A stretch of DNA of 64,000 bases, from the NCBI GenBank assembly GCA_002269645.1, contig NIVC01001045.1, positions 62,001 through 126,000 of the forward strand. The letters are read 5' to 3'. The position numbers were made by a program, and so were the translations under genes. The first letter of the stretch is position 1. Each line of letters begins with the position of its first letter. Source of the stretch: Macrostomum lignano. Its lineage: Eukaryota. Below the pieces are notes generated by a model. The model saw nothing but the letters and a program-made list of their open reading frames with translations. It was not told the origin of the DNA and made no database searches. Of the stretch, positions 1 to 11,059 are shown in pieces.

Positions 1-3000
1 GAAGCCAATGGGCACACAATATCAGATTCAGCATGTGGGCAGGGAAGAAGGTGAGTGTCTGGAAAAGAGCCAAGTGGAAGCTTGGAAATGATTGCTCCAA
101 TCAATCTGCAGACTTTGCTCGGTGGACGCTGGGAACCAAAATGAAGGAGCCTCATCATCGGAGTCTGAGCGCATCCTGTTGGACTCGAGCGGCTACTTCC
201 ACTGGGCCCCGAATCACTCGATGGAGCAGGCGATGCTGCAGCCGAATACGCAGTACAATTTTCACGGTCACATTGTCGTCTGCGTGATGGAGAAGAGCGG
301 CAAGGTGTGCCTGAACCTCACCACCTTTGTGATGCCACTGCGAGCTAGCAGCATCAGGCCCAGCAAGCTGAAGGACATCGTTTTCGTTGGAGCTATCGAC
401 GTCATTCGCAACGAGTGGCCAATCATACAGAATTTTCCAAGAATTCACGTTCTAGATGTGAGCTGGTTAATTGTTTGATTTTTATAGGAACAAAATTTGG
501 ACGCCTCACCACGAATGAGACAGTTTGTAAGGATTCAGTCACAGGTGAGACAAACAGGTCATAATGACTCAGCCACAGGTGGGACACACAGGTCATAATG
601 ACTCAGCCACAGGTGAGACACACAGGTCATAATGACTCAGCCACAGGTGGGACACACAGGTCATAATGACTCAGCCACAGGTGAGACACACAGGTCATAA
701 TGACTCAGCCACAGGTGAGACACACAGGTCATAATGACTCAGCCACAGGTGAGACAAACAGGTCATAATGACTCAGCCACAGGTGGGACACACAGGTCAT
801 AATGACTCAGCCACAGGTGAGACACACAGGTCATAATGACTCAGCCATAGGTGGGACACACAGGTCATAATGACTCAGCCACAGGTGGGACACACAGGTC
901 ATAATGACTCAGCCACAGGTGGGACACACAGGTCATAATGACTCAGCCACAGGTGAGACACACAGGTCATAATGACTCAGCCACAGGTGAGACACACAGG
1001 TCATAATGACTCAGCCATAGGTGAGACACACAGGTCATAATGACTCAGCCATAGGTGAGACACACAGGTCATAATGACTCAGCCATAGGTGAGACACACA
1101 GGTCATAATGACTCATTTTTGCGCACTTTACGCACGTAAAGGGATCCCCGCTGAACCGAGCCAACCTAAAAGCGGTCAACATCGAGTCGTGCCACAGTTG
1201 CATCATCCTATCGCCGAAGTCCACCCCGTACGAGCCGGACGCACAGATGGACCGCGAGACAATCCTGTGCACGTTGAACATCAAAACGATGAAGAAACCT
1301 GGGACGCAGAAGAAACTGGGCGATTGTATTCACATCATAACCGAGCTGAAGACTGAAGATGCCATTGCCTATTTAGATCAGGACGACGATGATGAGGTTG
1401 AAGAGCCCTACATGACTCAGGCCTTTGCCACGGGTAGAACCTTCTTCTTGAGCTTGTTGGGCTCGATAGTCACTACGGTAAGTCGAACTCGATTGCAATA
1501 CGTGCCTCTTTATTTCGTCTCGTATATTGAGTGAGGGATGGTTTTGGCCTGACGCTCTATGGAGTCTGCGTACATTGAGTGAGTGAGGGAAGGGTTTGGC
1601 CTGATTCTCTATGGAGTCTGCGTACATTGAGTGAGTGAGGGAAGGGTTTGACTTGATCGTCTATAGGGTATGGAGTCTGCGTAAATTGAGTGAGTGAGGG
1701 AAGGGTTTGGCCTGATTCTCTATGGAGTCTGCGTACATTGAGTGAGTGAGGGAAGGGTTTGGCCTGATTCTCTATGGAGTCTGCGTACATTGAGTGAGTG
1801 AGGGAAGGGTTTGGCCTGATTCTCTATGGAGTCTGCGTACATTGAGTGAGTGAGGGAAGGGTTTGGCCTGATTCTCTATGGAGTCTGCGTACATTGAGTG
1901 AGTGAGGGAAGGGTTTGGCCTGCTAGCCTGTGTGTACAATTCACACAGAAAAAAAGCGAACAGATGTACATTGACCCAGCTCCCTACAAAACGCTGCAGA
2001 TCTACTTCAATCAGGCCTCGTTGGGGTTTCTACGCACCATTGTGACAACGGTGGACTCTGAGGACTTCGAAATCGGCCTCAACGAGCAGGGCTTCCATTT
2101 TATGGCGTCGGATAGTTCGTTCACGGCGGAAGCTCGGTCTGGCATAGAGGTGAGACCGAGCAGGGCCGTGATGCACCGGCGGAGTCGCATCGAGCTGCTC
2201 AGCGTTTCCGAGTCACCTCTGAAAGACATTTTCACTGCAACGGTGAGCTCCATGCTGTCGGATAATTGTTAGTCTCAAACGGCAATTTACATGTACATTT
2301 AGACTGGAACCCTTCAATAACGGCATCTCAAACGCAATTTCTCTGTACAAAACAGGACTCAATCACATGGAAAGCGTTCTCACTGGCAATCTTGGGCGAA
2401 CTCGAGATAGTCTGCATTGGTTTGTCGCGACTGCAAGTTCAGCCCGAAGATGACAGCACGAAGAATCATCGATTTGTTATGACACTGCCGCAGGACTCCG
2501 TGATCGTTCGCGAGACCGATCTGGTGAGTGTCTGATTCAGTGCTTAGTCCCGATTCCTGTCTGATTAGTCCCGATTCCGATCTGATCAGTCCCGATTCCG
2601 ATCTGATCAGTCCCGATTCCTGTCTGATCAGTCCCGATTCCTATCTTATCAGTCCCGATTCCTGTCTGATCAGTCCCGATTCCTGTTTGATCAGTCCCGA
2701 TTCCTATCTGATCAGTCCCGATTCCTATCTGATCAGTCCCGATTCCTATCTGATCAGTCCCGATTCCTATCTGATCAGTCCCGATTCCTATCTGATCAGT
2801 CCCGATTCCTATCTGATCAGTCCGATTCCTATCTGATCAGTCCCGATTCCTATCTGATCAGTCCCGATTCCTATCTGATCAGTCCCGATTCCTATCTGAT
2901 CAGTCCCGATTCCTGTCTGATCAGTCCCGATTCCTATCTGATCAGTCCCGATTCCTGTCTGATCAGTCCCGATTCCTATCTGATCAGTCCCGATTCCTAT

Positions 3001-3361
3001 CTGATCAGTCCCGATTCCTATCTGATCAGTCCCGATTCCTATCTGATCAGTCCCGAGTCTTATCTGATCAGTCCCGATCAGTCCCGATTCCTATCTGATC
3101 AGTCCCGATTCCTATCTGATTAGTCCCGATTCCTGCCTGAATAGTCCCAATTCCTCTCTGAATAGTCCCGATTCCTGCTCTAAATGGTCCTCTCGTGGTC
3201 CTCAAAACATGTTTCTATCAGATCTGAACGGATTAAGCAACTGTTACAGATAAAAAATCGAATTATTCATTTCTAACTAAGGTAACATGTCCGGTAAACT
3301 TCGCAATCTTAACCCAACCTTGCAGGTGTACTGCCTGACGCCACCCAATTTAGTCCTCTGA
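1..3361 (+). CDS. slo: Slo1/BK-type calcium-activated potassium channel alpha subunit, divergent; 3' part (RCK2, Ca2+ bowl, C-terminus), 5' end outside window
   Basis: Exons 1-50, 112-457, 1142-1477, 2000-2242, 2356-2523, 3326-3361, all GT..AG with consistent phases. Translation matches BK RCK2 motifs: GHIVVCV..FVMPLRAS..LKDIVFVG..NFPRIHVLDGSPLNRANLKAVNI..ETILCTLNIKTM..IITEL..YLDQDDDDEVEEPYMTQAFATG..IYFNQASLGFLRTIVT..VCIGLSRL..RFVMTLP..TDLVYCL. Confidence 0.9.
537..1115 (+). repeat. 34-bp minisatellite (~17 copies) in slo intron
   Basis: Unit CACAGGTGAGACACACAGGTCATAATGACTCAGC; period 34 checked at 601/635. Confidence 0.95.
1524..1922 (+). repeat. 52-bp minisatellite (~7-8 copies) in slo intron
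   Basis: Unit GAGTCTGCGTACATTGAGTGAGTGAGGGAAGGGTTTGGCCTGATTCTCTATG. Confidence 0.95.
2545..3185 (+). repeat. 21-bp minisatellite in last slo intron
   Basis: Unit CTGATCAGTCCCGATTCCTAT; source of the spurious (ISPDSYL)n ORF. Confidence 0.95.
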
Positions 3362-4156
3362 CTTAAGTTGCAGCTCCAATATGGCAGGTTGGCCTAGCAA
3401 CCAACTTCTGAGCATATCGCTGGGTCATTCTGTAAACCTTTTGTTCGTATTGTTTAAGCATAACTGTCATAATCCTATTGATTTTAAATGGCGCAAGAAC
3501 TTTTATTCACAAAATTCACTAACTATCGACTTTGCAACTATTAATTATATTATCACTGCTCAGTGTACAGAAGTGCAACCAGCTATTAAAAGTATAACTT
3601 AATGGAAATCACGTCTAGAAATAAAAATTATTCCTCTTTTTGTCCTGAAATGACAGAAAACGCTATTGATACTACTTGCAGTAAATCGACTAATCGCACA
3701 TTCGTAATTTTAATAATTAGTTTTCACAAAACTGTCAAATATTGCTTCATCATCACGGATCAGATTTTGTATGAGGATGCTTGACTGACGCAAAGAAACT
3801 ATGGAAAGCTTATTAAATGCTCAAATTAAAATTTCAAAGCAGTTTTCACTCGGCATTGAATAAATATAATCTTTGATAATTTGTGGTCGCGATTCAGCTG
3901 TTACTATAAGTAGTATCTGACGCATGTCTTATTTTACGTTTTTGCGTTATCGAAAAAAATTTATTAGATCGAATATTAAGCACGTGAATTTTAGCTGACT
4001 GAATTGCTGAAACAAAATTAAAATACACGTTTTACTTTTTATTTAAAAATAAAACAATGCTTGACAAGATATGTCAATATGATAATCAAATTATTCAGTC
4101 AATATAGTAGATAAACAAAACATATCAAAACATTTTAGCAGCGTGGATGGATAACA

Positions 4157-4980
4157 TAGATGGGGTCAAATCGGCATTGTGTTTCTTAGAATGTCATTAG
4201 ATGGGGTCAAATCGGCATTGCGTTTCTTAGAATGTCATTAGATGGGGTCAAATCGGCATTGCGTTTCTTAGAATGTCATTAGATGGGGTCGATCGACATT
4301 GTGTTTCTTAGAATGCCATTAGATGGGGTAGAATCGGCATTGCGTTTCTTAGAATGTCATTAGATGGGGTCAAATCGGCATTGCGTTTCTTAGAATGTCA
4401 TTAGATGTGGTCGAATCGGCATTGTGTTTTTTAGAATGTCATTAGATGGGGTAGAATCGGTATTGCGTTTCTTAGAATGTCATTAGATGGGGTCATATCG
4501 GCATTGCGTTTCTTAGAATGTCATTAGATGTGGTCGAATCGGCATTGTGTTTCTTAGAATGTCATTAGATGGGGTCGATCGGCATTGCGTTTCTAGAATG
4601 TCATTAGATGGGGTCGAATCGGCATTGCGTTTCTTAGAATGTCAATAGATGGGGTCGAATCGGCATTGCGTTTCTTAGAATGTCATTAGATGGGGTCAAA
4701 TCGGCATTGCGTTTCTTAGAAAGTCATTAGATGGGGTCGAATCGGCATTGCGTTTCTTAGAATGTCATTAGATGGGGTCAAATCTGCGTTTCCTAGAATG
4801 TCATTAGATGGGGTCAAATCTGCGTTTCCTAGAATGTCATTAGATGGGGTCAAATCTGCGTTTCCTAGAATGTCATTAGATGGGGTCAAATCTGCGTTTC
4901 CTAGAATGTCATTAGATGGGGTCAAATCTGCGTTTCCTAGAATGTCATTAAATGGGGTCAAATCTGCGTTTCCTAGAATG
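4157..4980 (+). repeat. 41-bp minisatellite switching to a 36-bp variant at its right end
   Basis: Unit GTCATTAGATGGGGTCAAATCGGCATTGCGTTTCTTAGAAT; from ~4762 the unit is GTCATTAGATGGGGTCAAATCTGCGTTTCCTAGAAT. Confidence 0.95.
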
Positions 4981-5775
4981 TACATGCATGCTGGAGGAGC
5001 TGGGCAAGAATTATCATAACGTTATAAACTGTAAAAGGCAAACGGCCAATGAAAAATCAAGTTGTTAAAACATCAAATCTCTATTACCAGCAGTATTTAG
5101 CATTTGAGGAGTTAGTTATATGAGCTGAAGTAACTAAAATATACAAATCGAGAATTATAAAACCTTCACCACACCACGCCTCAATAATTCGAGGGCATCC
5201 AATGGAGAAAAATACACTCAGGGATTGAATGAATATGGCAATGACAAAGCAAGTATCACTAGGAAGGACGCTTTGTACTTCTTTAATTTGTTTGAAACGA
5301 AGATCTGAAGATCTGAATATATAGTAGTAATTTTATATTAGTTTTTGAGCCTTGAAGAACTTTTTCTTTTCAAAGAAACAAACCGTCTCTTTCCTTCTTG
5401 GTCCTTGGTCCTTGTGGAGAAACATGAAATACATGCACGAGCGTATGATATGGAGCTTCAAATATGAGATTAAATCAAATCATCATCCGGTTGAATAAAA
5501 AATATTTACATTAAAAAATGTAAAGCCAGGTACTATAATAGAATTTTGGTGAGAGCATGAGTTAAATAAGAAATCTTACCATAAAATATGTACTCAATGC
5601 TTTATGGAACTAAAATAATTTCCCGATAAAGAATGTTAAACCATTTATTGCCCAATTTTTAATCAACAAACTTAACATACAGAAAAGGCTGCAACAGACT
5701 ACTCAACTCCTTAGTGTCAGTAGAAAGTATAGCTTTTACATAAATAAATATTCTAGTTTACCAGTTGGGCGCTTT

Positions 5776-8011
5776 TCAAGCGACAGCATCGCTAAGAAGC
5801 GGGTCCTGAAGAGTGACATCGAAGAGTTGCTCGAATTCATCCAGGTAGCTTGGGTCACCTGGGCTGAGCAATGTAGCAGTAGGCTGGGACAGCATCAACG
5901 GTGGCGGAGACAAATCCTCGGCTATTGTGACACTTTGTTCGCTGAAGCTCGAAGACTCCCACTCGTCTCCGGGTGCGGGGCTTTCGTCGTCGTAAAACTG
6001 TTCTGTTGTGAGGTGCTCTGAGGTCACGGAGGCTTCTGCAGTCAAAGAAGCAGCGGAATCCAGATCTAGGCTAGGACTGTTCTGAGCTGTCGAAACGAAT
6101 TCATAGACTCGAAATGCTCCATTCCGACTCTGACTGAGGTCCCGGCGGTACCGGATGTGCTCTTTGCATCCGTGCAGGGCGCACCGGAAGTTCTGCTTCA
6201 GATGCTTTGGGCTGGCGACCTGCTGACTGCGACCTGTGGCATGGCGTCGGGGTGCAGATAGGGGCTGGGTTAGATAAGGGCTGGGTTAGATAGGGGCTGG
6301 GTTAGATAGGGGCTGGATTAGATAAGGGCTGGGTTTGATAAGGGCTGGGTTAGATAAGGGCTGGGTTAGATCGGGGCTGGGTTAGATAGGGGCTGGGTTA
6401 GATCGGGGCTGGGTTAGATAGGGGCTGGGTTAGATAAGGGCTGGGTTAGATAAGGGCTGGGTTCGATAGGGACTGGGTTAGATAAGAGATTCAATGACTA
6501 CTTAATTAGATATATACTCGTACGTTACTTTAGTTGTCCTTGAAGAGATGTGTTAGATCGAGGCTGGGTTAGATCGGGGCTGACTGCTTTAATATCAGAT
6601 ACTATAGAGCTAAGTGGCTGGCTCAAATAGGGACAGAATGACTAAGTGAATTGTCGGTGTCTGAAAGTTAGTGAAATTCTGAATCCTTTGACAAGTTGCT
6701 AAACAGTTGACTGGTGCGCCTTTCATCTACTAAATTTCATTTGCAGTAAAGTTTTATCGACCGATGCAATAGGGATACGAGTATTTAATCATTAACTCAT
6801 TTACGCTCGTAGCTCGTAACAGAATTGTAGCAATTGATAATTTTTTTAAAGCAGAAAAGTCTGACTTTCTTTTGTTCCATGTGGGATTATTATACATGTA
6901 CATTGATATTAGTACATTTATACCATTTACCAAATCGCTACGTTTTCGCTTCACGTCGAGTTGCACGCATTGTAATTACAGAAAGTTCCGCGATAAATTA
7001 TTCATCAACATAATCCACGTTTATCCCTGTCTAACTACAGAGCTTTATGCACCAAACAAATAAATAGTAGGTAAAAAATTGCTCTGTTTGCATCATTCTG
7101 GCGCCTGCAATCAAAAAACAGCAACCTTGCGCTCTACTCAAAACCACGGCCTTCACGCCTCATTTATTCAACACAGTTGTATAATTACTCAAGGCAGTTA
7201 TCAAACAAAATTTACTAGAAATTTGCAACTCCCAGCCACGTACATCTATCTGGCTGTGTACATTCTCCAATGCCGCCCGTTTTTGCGTGGAGGCGTACTC
7301 GGAATCTATTTTTAGCATCAGGACAAGGAAACCCCGGTCAGGGGGACAGAAGTCCAGGGCAGTAGTTGTACACTCAATTTCCAGTAAATTCTAGCGGGTT
7401 TGTAGCGACGGCTGTCTGTGTCTGCCAATGCGAAAAAGCAGTACTAATACTAAATTTCATTATTTCTTCTGGCTCAAAATCTGAACTTCAACTTACAATA
7501 CCACCAGTCCGACATTTGTGAATATTTGAAGTGGAAACTTATCAAACTTTGTAAGACAATCCACTAGACCACTAACAATTGTAATTGATATATTCGGCTT
7601 CAAGTTCTAACGATTGAAATATACCGCATAAGGCACCAAATATGCACTGCACCTAAACCTTTATTAATTAAAATCAACATTATTAAATTTAAAAAAGCTC
7701 TAAATTATTTTACTGTTCTAATAGAAGGGTTTCCAATAAAAACAAAGTCTTTTAGGTAGGTTTTTTACGCATGTACGAGTATAGTAGAATGTTATTACAA
7801 TGCAAGACTTACCACGAAATTTATGCCAGGCTAAGTACACGCTAGTAGTCTTCAAATAGTTGGTATTACCCTTGGTAACTGTTGAGGACCCGTGTGTCCA
7901 AGCGATTATAAATAGCAGTTGTCGTTTATCAAGCCAGTGCAAATCTTTAAACGAGCTCAGCTCCAATTGCTCAAACAGCCACTTGTCAATTCTTCGTTGG
8001 TGGCGACGCAT
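5776..8011 (-). CDS. IRF: Interferon regulatory factor (IRF) family transcription factor, ~218 aa: DNA-binding domain plus acidic tail
   Basis: Exons (minus) 8011-7813 and 6233-5776, phase-1 GT..AG intron. Protein MRRHQRRIDKW11LFEQLELSSFKDLHW26LDKRQLLFIIAW38TH40..LAWHKFRG|RSQQVASPKHLKQNFRCALHG..NGAFRVYEF. W11/W26/W38/H40 spacing is identical to IRF1, and the NFRCAL and FRVY motifs are present. Confidence 0.88.
6256..6486 (+). repeat. 16-bp G-rich minisatellite in IRF intron
   Basis: Unit GGGGCTGGGTTAGATA (~14 copies), extra partial copies at ~6553-6582. Confidence 0.93.
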
Positions 8012-8692
8012 TACTTCTTCGACCGGGGGTATTAAATAATTATTTGCTTTAAATTTTTCCGAGAACACTACTTACTAGGACCTTATTAGACTGGAGAATG
8101 GAGTCAGTCGCTTTATGAATCTAGGACAAAGTTGTAGCCTAACAATATTTCATGTCATTGTAGCGATTCCGCCTGGGCTAAATTGGCCAGAGGAATCGGG
8201 GGGGGGGGGTTGGGGGTTTGGAGGGGGGTTGTCGTCTCGCTTCGGGGCGGTCTGGCGCGTGCGCATAGCGGGAGAGACGATTTTAAGTGTACAGAGGGCC
8301 AGAGGGTTTGAATGAAAGTACATTGAAGCTGAGTAGGGTTTTTATACAGCTTTTCTATATTCAATGTTCTTTTCCTCTCCTTTTCTAGAAGGCTGACCAT
8401 GAGGTCTAGAAAATACACCTAGGTAAAAATTGCAGCAAAATTTAGATTGTCTGTCTGTCTGTCTGTCTATTGTCGTTTTGAAAAAATTCCAATTTATTTT
8501 ACTGTAATTTTCATCCGTAATTAAAAATCAAAGCTGTCAATCTGTGCACTTGAGCTTGAGCTTTGTGTAATAGATAAAAATTTCACAGACTACATGTACA
8601 ATTTCTTATACCGACTCCTAAGCATTTGGTATGTATGCTCTGAATAGGTTTCACGGCCACGTGGGTTTCACGTTGACCAGCGACGCCCATCA

Positions 8693-10281
8693 AGGAAGGA
8701 TCTGAAGGGAAGAGCAGCTATGGCCCACCACTGAGGATCTGAAGGGAAGAGCAGCTATGGCCCACCACTGAAGGATCTGAAGGGAAGAGCAGCTATGGCC
8801 CACCACTGAAGGATCTGAAGGGAAGAGCAGCTATGGCTCACCACTGAAGGGAAGAGCAGCTTTGGCTCACCACTGAAGGATCTGAAGGGAAGAGCAGCTA
8901 TGGCCCACCACTGAGGATCTGAAGGGAAGAGCAGCTATGGCCCACCACTGAAGGATCTGAAGGGAAGAGCAGCTATGGCCCACCACTGAAGGATCTGAAG
9001 GGAAGAGCAGCTATGGCCCACCACTGAGGATCTGAAGGGAAGAGCAGCTATGGCCCACCACTGAGGATCTGAAGGGAAGAGCAGCTATGGCTCACCACTG
9101 AAGGATCTGAAGGGAAGAGCAGCTATGGCCCACCACTGAGGATCTGAAGGGAAGAGCAGCTATGGCTCACCACTGAAGGATCTGAAGGGAAGAGCAGCTA
9201 TGGCTCACCACTGAAGGATCTGAAGGGAAGAGCAGCTATGGCCCACCACTGAGGATCTGAAGGGAAGAGCAGCTTTGGCTCACCACTGAAGGATCTGAAG
9301 GGAAGAGCAGCTATGGCCCACCACTGAGGATCTGAAGGGAAGAGCAGCTATGGCTCACCACTGAAGGATCTGAAGGGAAGAGCAGCTATGGCCCACCACT
9401 GAAGGATCTGAAGGGAAGAGCAGCTATGGCCCACCACTGAGGATCTGAAGGGAAGAGCAGCTATGGCCCACCACTGAGGATCTGAAGGGAAGAGCAGCTA
9501 TGGCTCACCACTGAAGGATCTGAAGGGAAGAGCAGCTATGGCTCACCACTGAGGATCTGAAGGGAAGAGCAGCTATGGCCCACCACTGAGGATCTGAAGG
9601 GAAGAGCAGCTATGGCTCACCACTGAAGGATCTGAAGGAAGAGCAGCTATGGCTCACCACTGAGGATCTGAAGGGAAGAGCAGCTATGGCCCACCACTGA
9701 GGATCTGAAGGGAAGAGCAGCTATGGCTCACCACTGAAGGATCTGAAGGGAAGAGCAGCTATGGCTCACCACTGAAGGATCTGAAGGGAAGAGCAGCTAT
9801 GGCTCACCACTGAAGGATCTGAAGGGAAGAGCAGCTATGGCTCACCACTGAAGGATCTGAAGGGAAGAGCAGCTATGGCCCACCACTGAAGGATCTGAAG
9901 GGAAGAGCAGCTATGGCCCACCACCACTGAAGGATCTGAGGGGAAGAGCAGCTATGGCTCACCACTGAAGGATCTGAAGGGAAGAGCAGCTATGGCCCAC
10001 CACTGAGGATCTGAAGGGAAGAGCAGCTATGGCTCACCACTGAAGGATCCGAAGGGAAGAGCAGCTATGGCTCACCACTGAAGGATCTGAAGGGAAGAGC
10101 AGCTATGGCTCACTACTGAAGGATCTGAAGGGAAGAGCAGCTATGGCCCACCACTGAAGGATCTGAAGGGAAGAGCAGCTATGGCCCACCACTGAAGGAT
10201 CTGAAGGGAAGAGCAGCTATGGCCCACCACTGAAGGATCTGAGGGGAAGAGCAGCTATGGCTCACCACTGAAGGATCTGAG
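8693..10281 (+). repeat. 37/38-bp minisatellite (~42 copies), intergenic
   Basis: Unit GA(A)GGATCTGAAGGGAAGAGCAGCTATGGC(C/T)CACCACT, near-identical head-to-tail copies with no unique spacers. Confidence 0.96.
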
Positions 10282-11059
10282 GAAAGAAGTCAACACGAAG
10301 AGACGGCATAAAAATATCCTGGGAAATCTTAATACGAATAACTTAAAGAATTTCCAAACTTAACTAAGTTTATTTAGCATATAACAGATTTATTGACGAA
10401 ATGTGAACGGAAAATCAATCAAATTTTATTGACGATTAGTGTAACTTATATACACTACGCTTTGTATTGTCCAGCAGATATTACAGCTAAATGCTTCACA
10501 TTTTATAAGCGATGCAGTTTCTATAGCAACTATGAAACAGTGCTAACCCTAAAGCTGACCCCAAACTGACCAGAATTGACAACGCCACTCCGGTGAAAAC
10601 GGTACCTAAGAGATGTCACGGTACAAGTCGCCAGAAAGTAGTCAAAGAGTCGCCTAAGAGCCAATTTGAGGAGTTTTATTGTCTGCGACCCTGAAACCAC
10701 TCTGGGAAAGTAAAGTCGTATCTGAGGCGTGCTAGAGCTGCTGTAGAATCACTGAGAATAGCGCATCTGCGTCACTTCATCAATCAGAATAGCATTTCGC
10801 ATTTATAACAACTCTATTTAGTCTACATGTACTTGAGTCAGTAGAAAGACAAGCACTAACACAAACGAATGTTGGACGACTGTTTCGCGACTCATACGAT
10901 TCCTAAACTCACGTGATACGCTCGTGACTCAACAGTCGCCTCTCCGTTGCATTGAGAAACGTTTGAGTCATAAAAAACTGCGATCGTACTACTGCTGCAA
11001 TTAAAATACACAACGAATATTTAGTTTTCTAATACTAAACCACATGACAAAGTAACTTT

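Noticed and set aside
6256-6486. Interstitial telomeric repeat
   Set aside because: It contains GGGTTAG once per 16-bp unit, not tandem TTAGGG.
8693-10281. CRISPR-like 37/38-bp repeat array
   Set aside because: Units are head-to-tail with no unique spacers, no cas genes are present, and the context is eukaryotic. The same applies to the 34-, 41- and 53-bp arrays.
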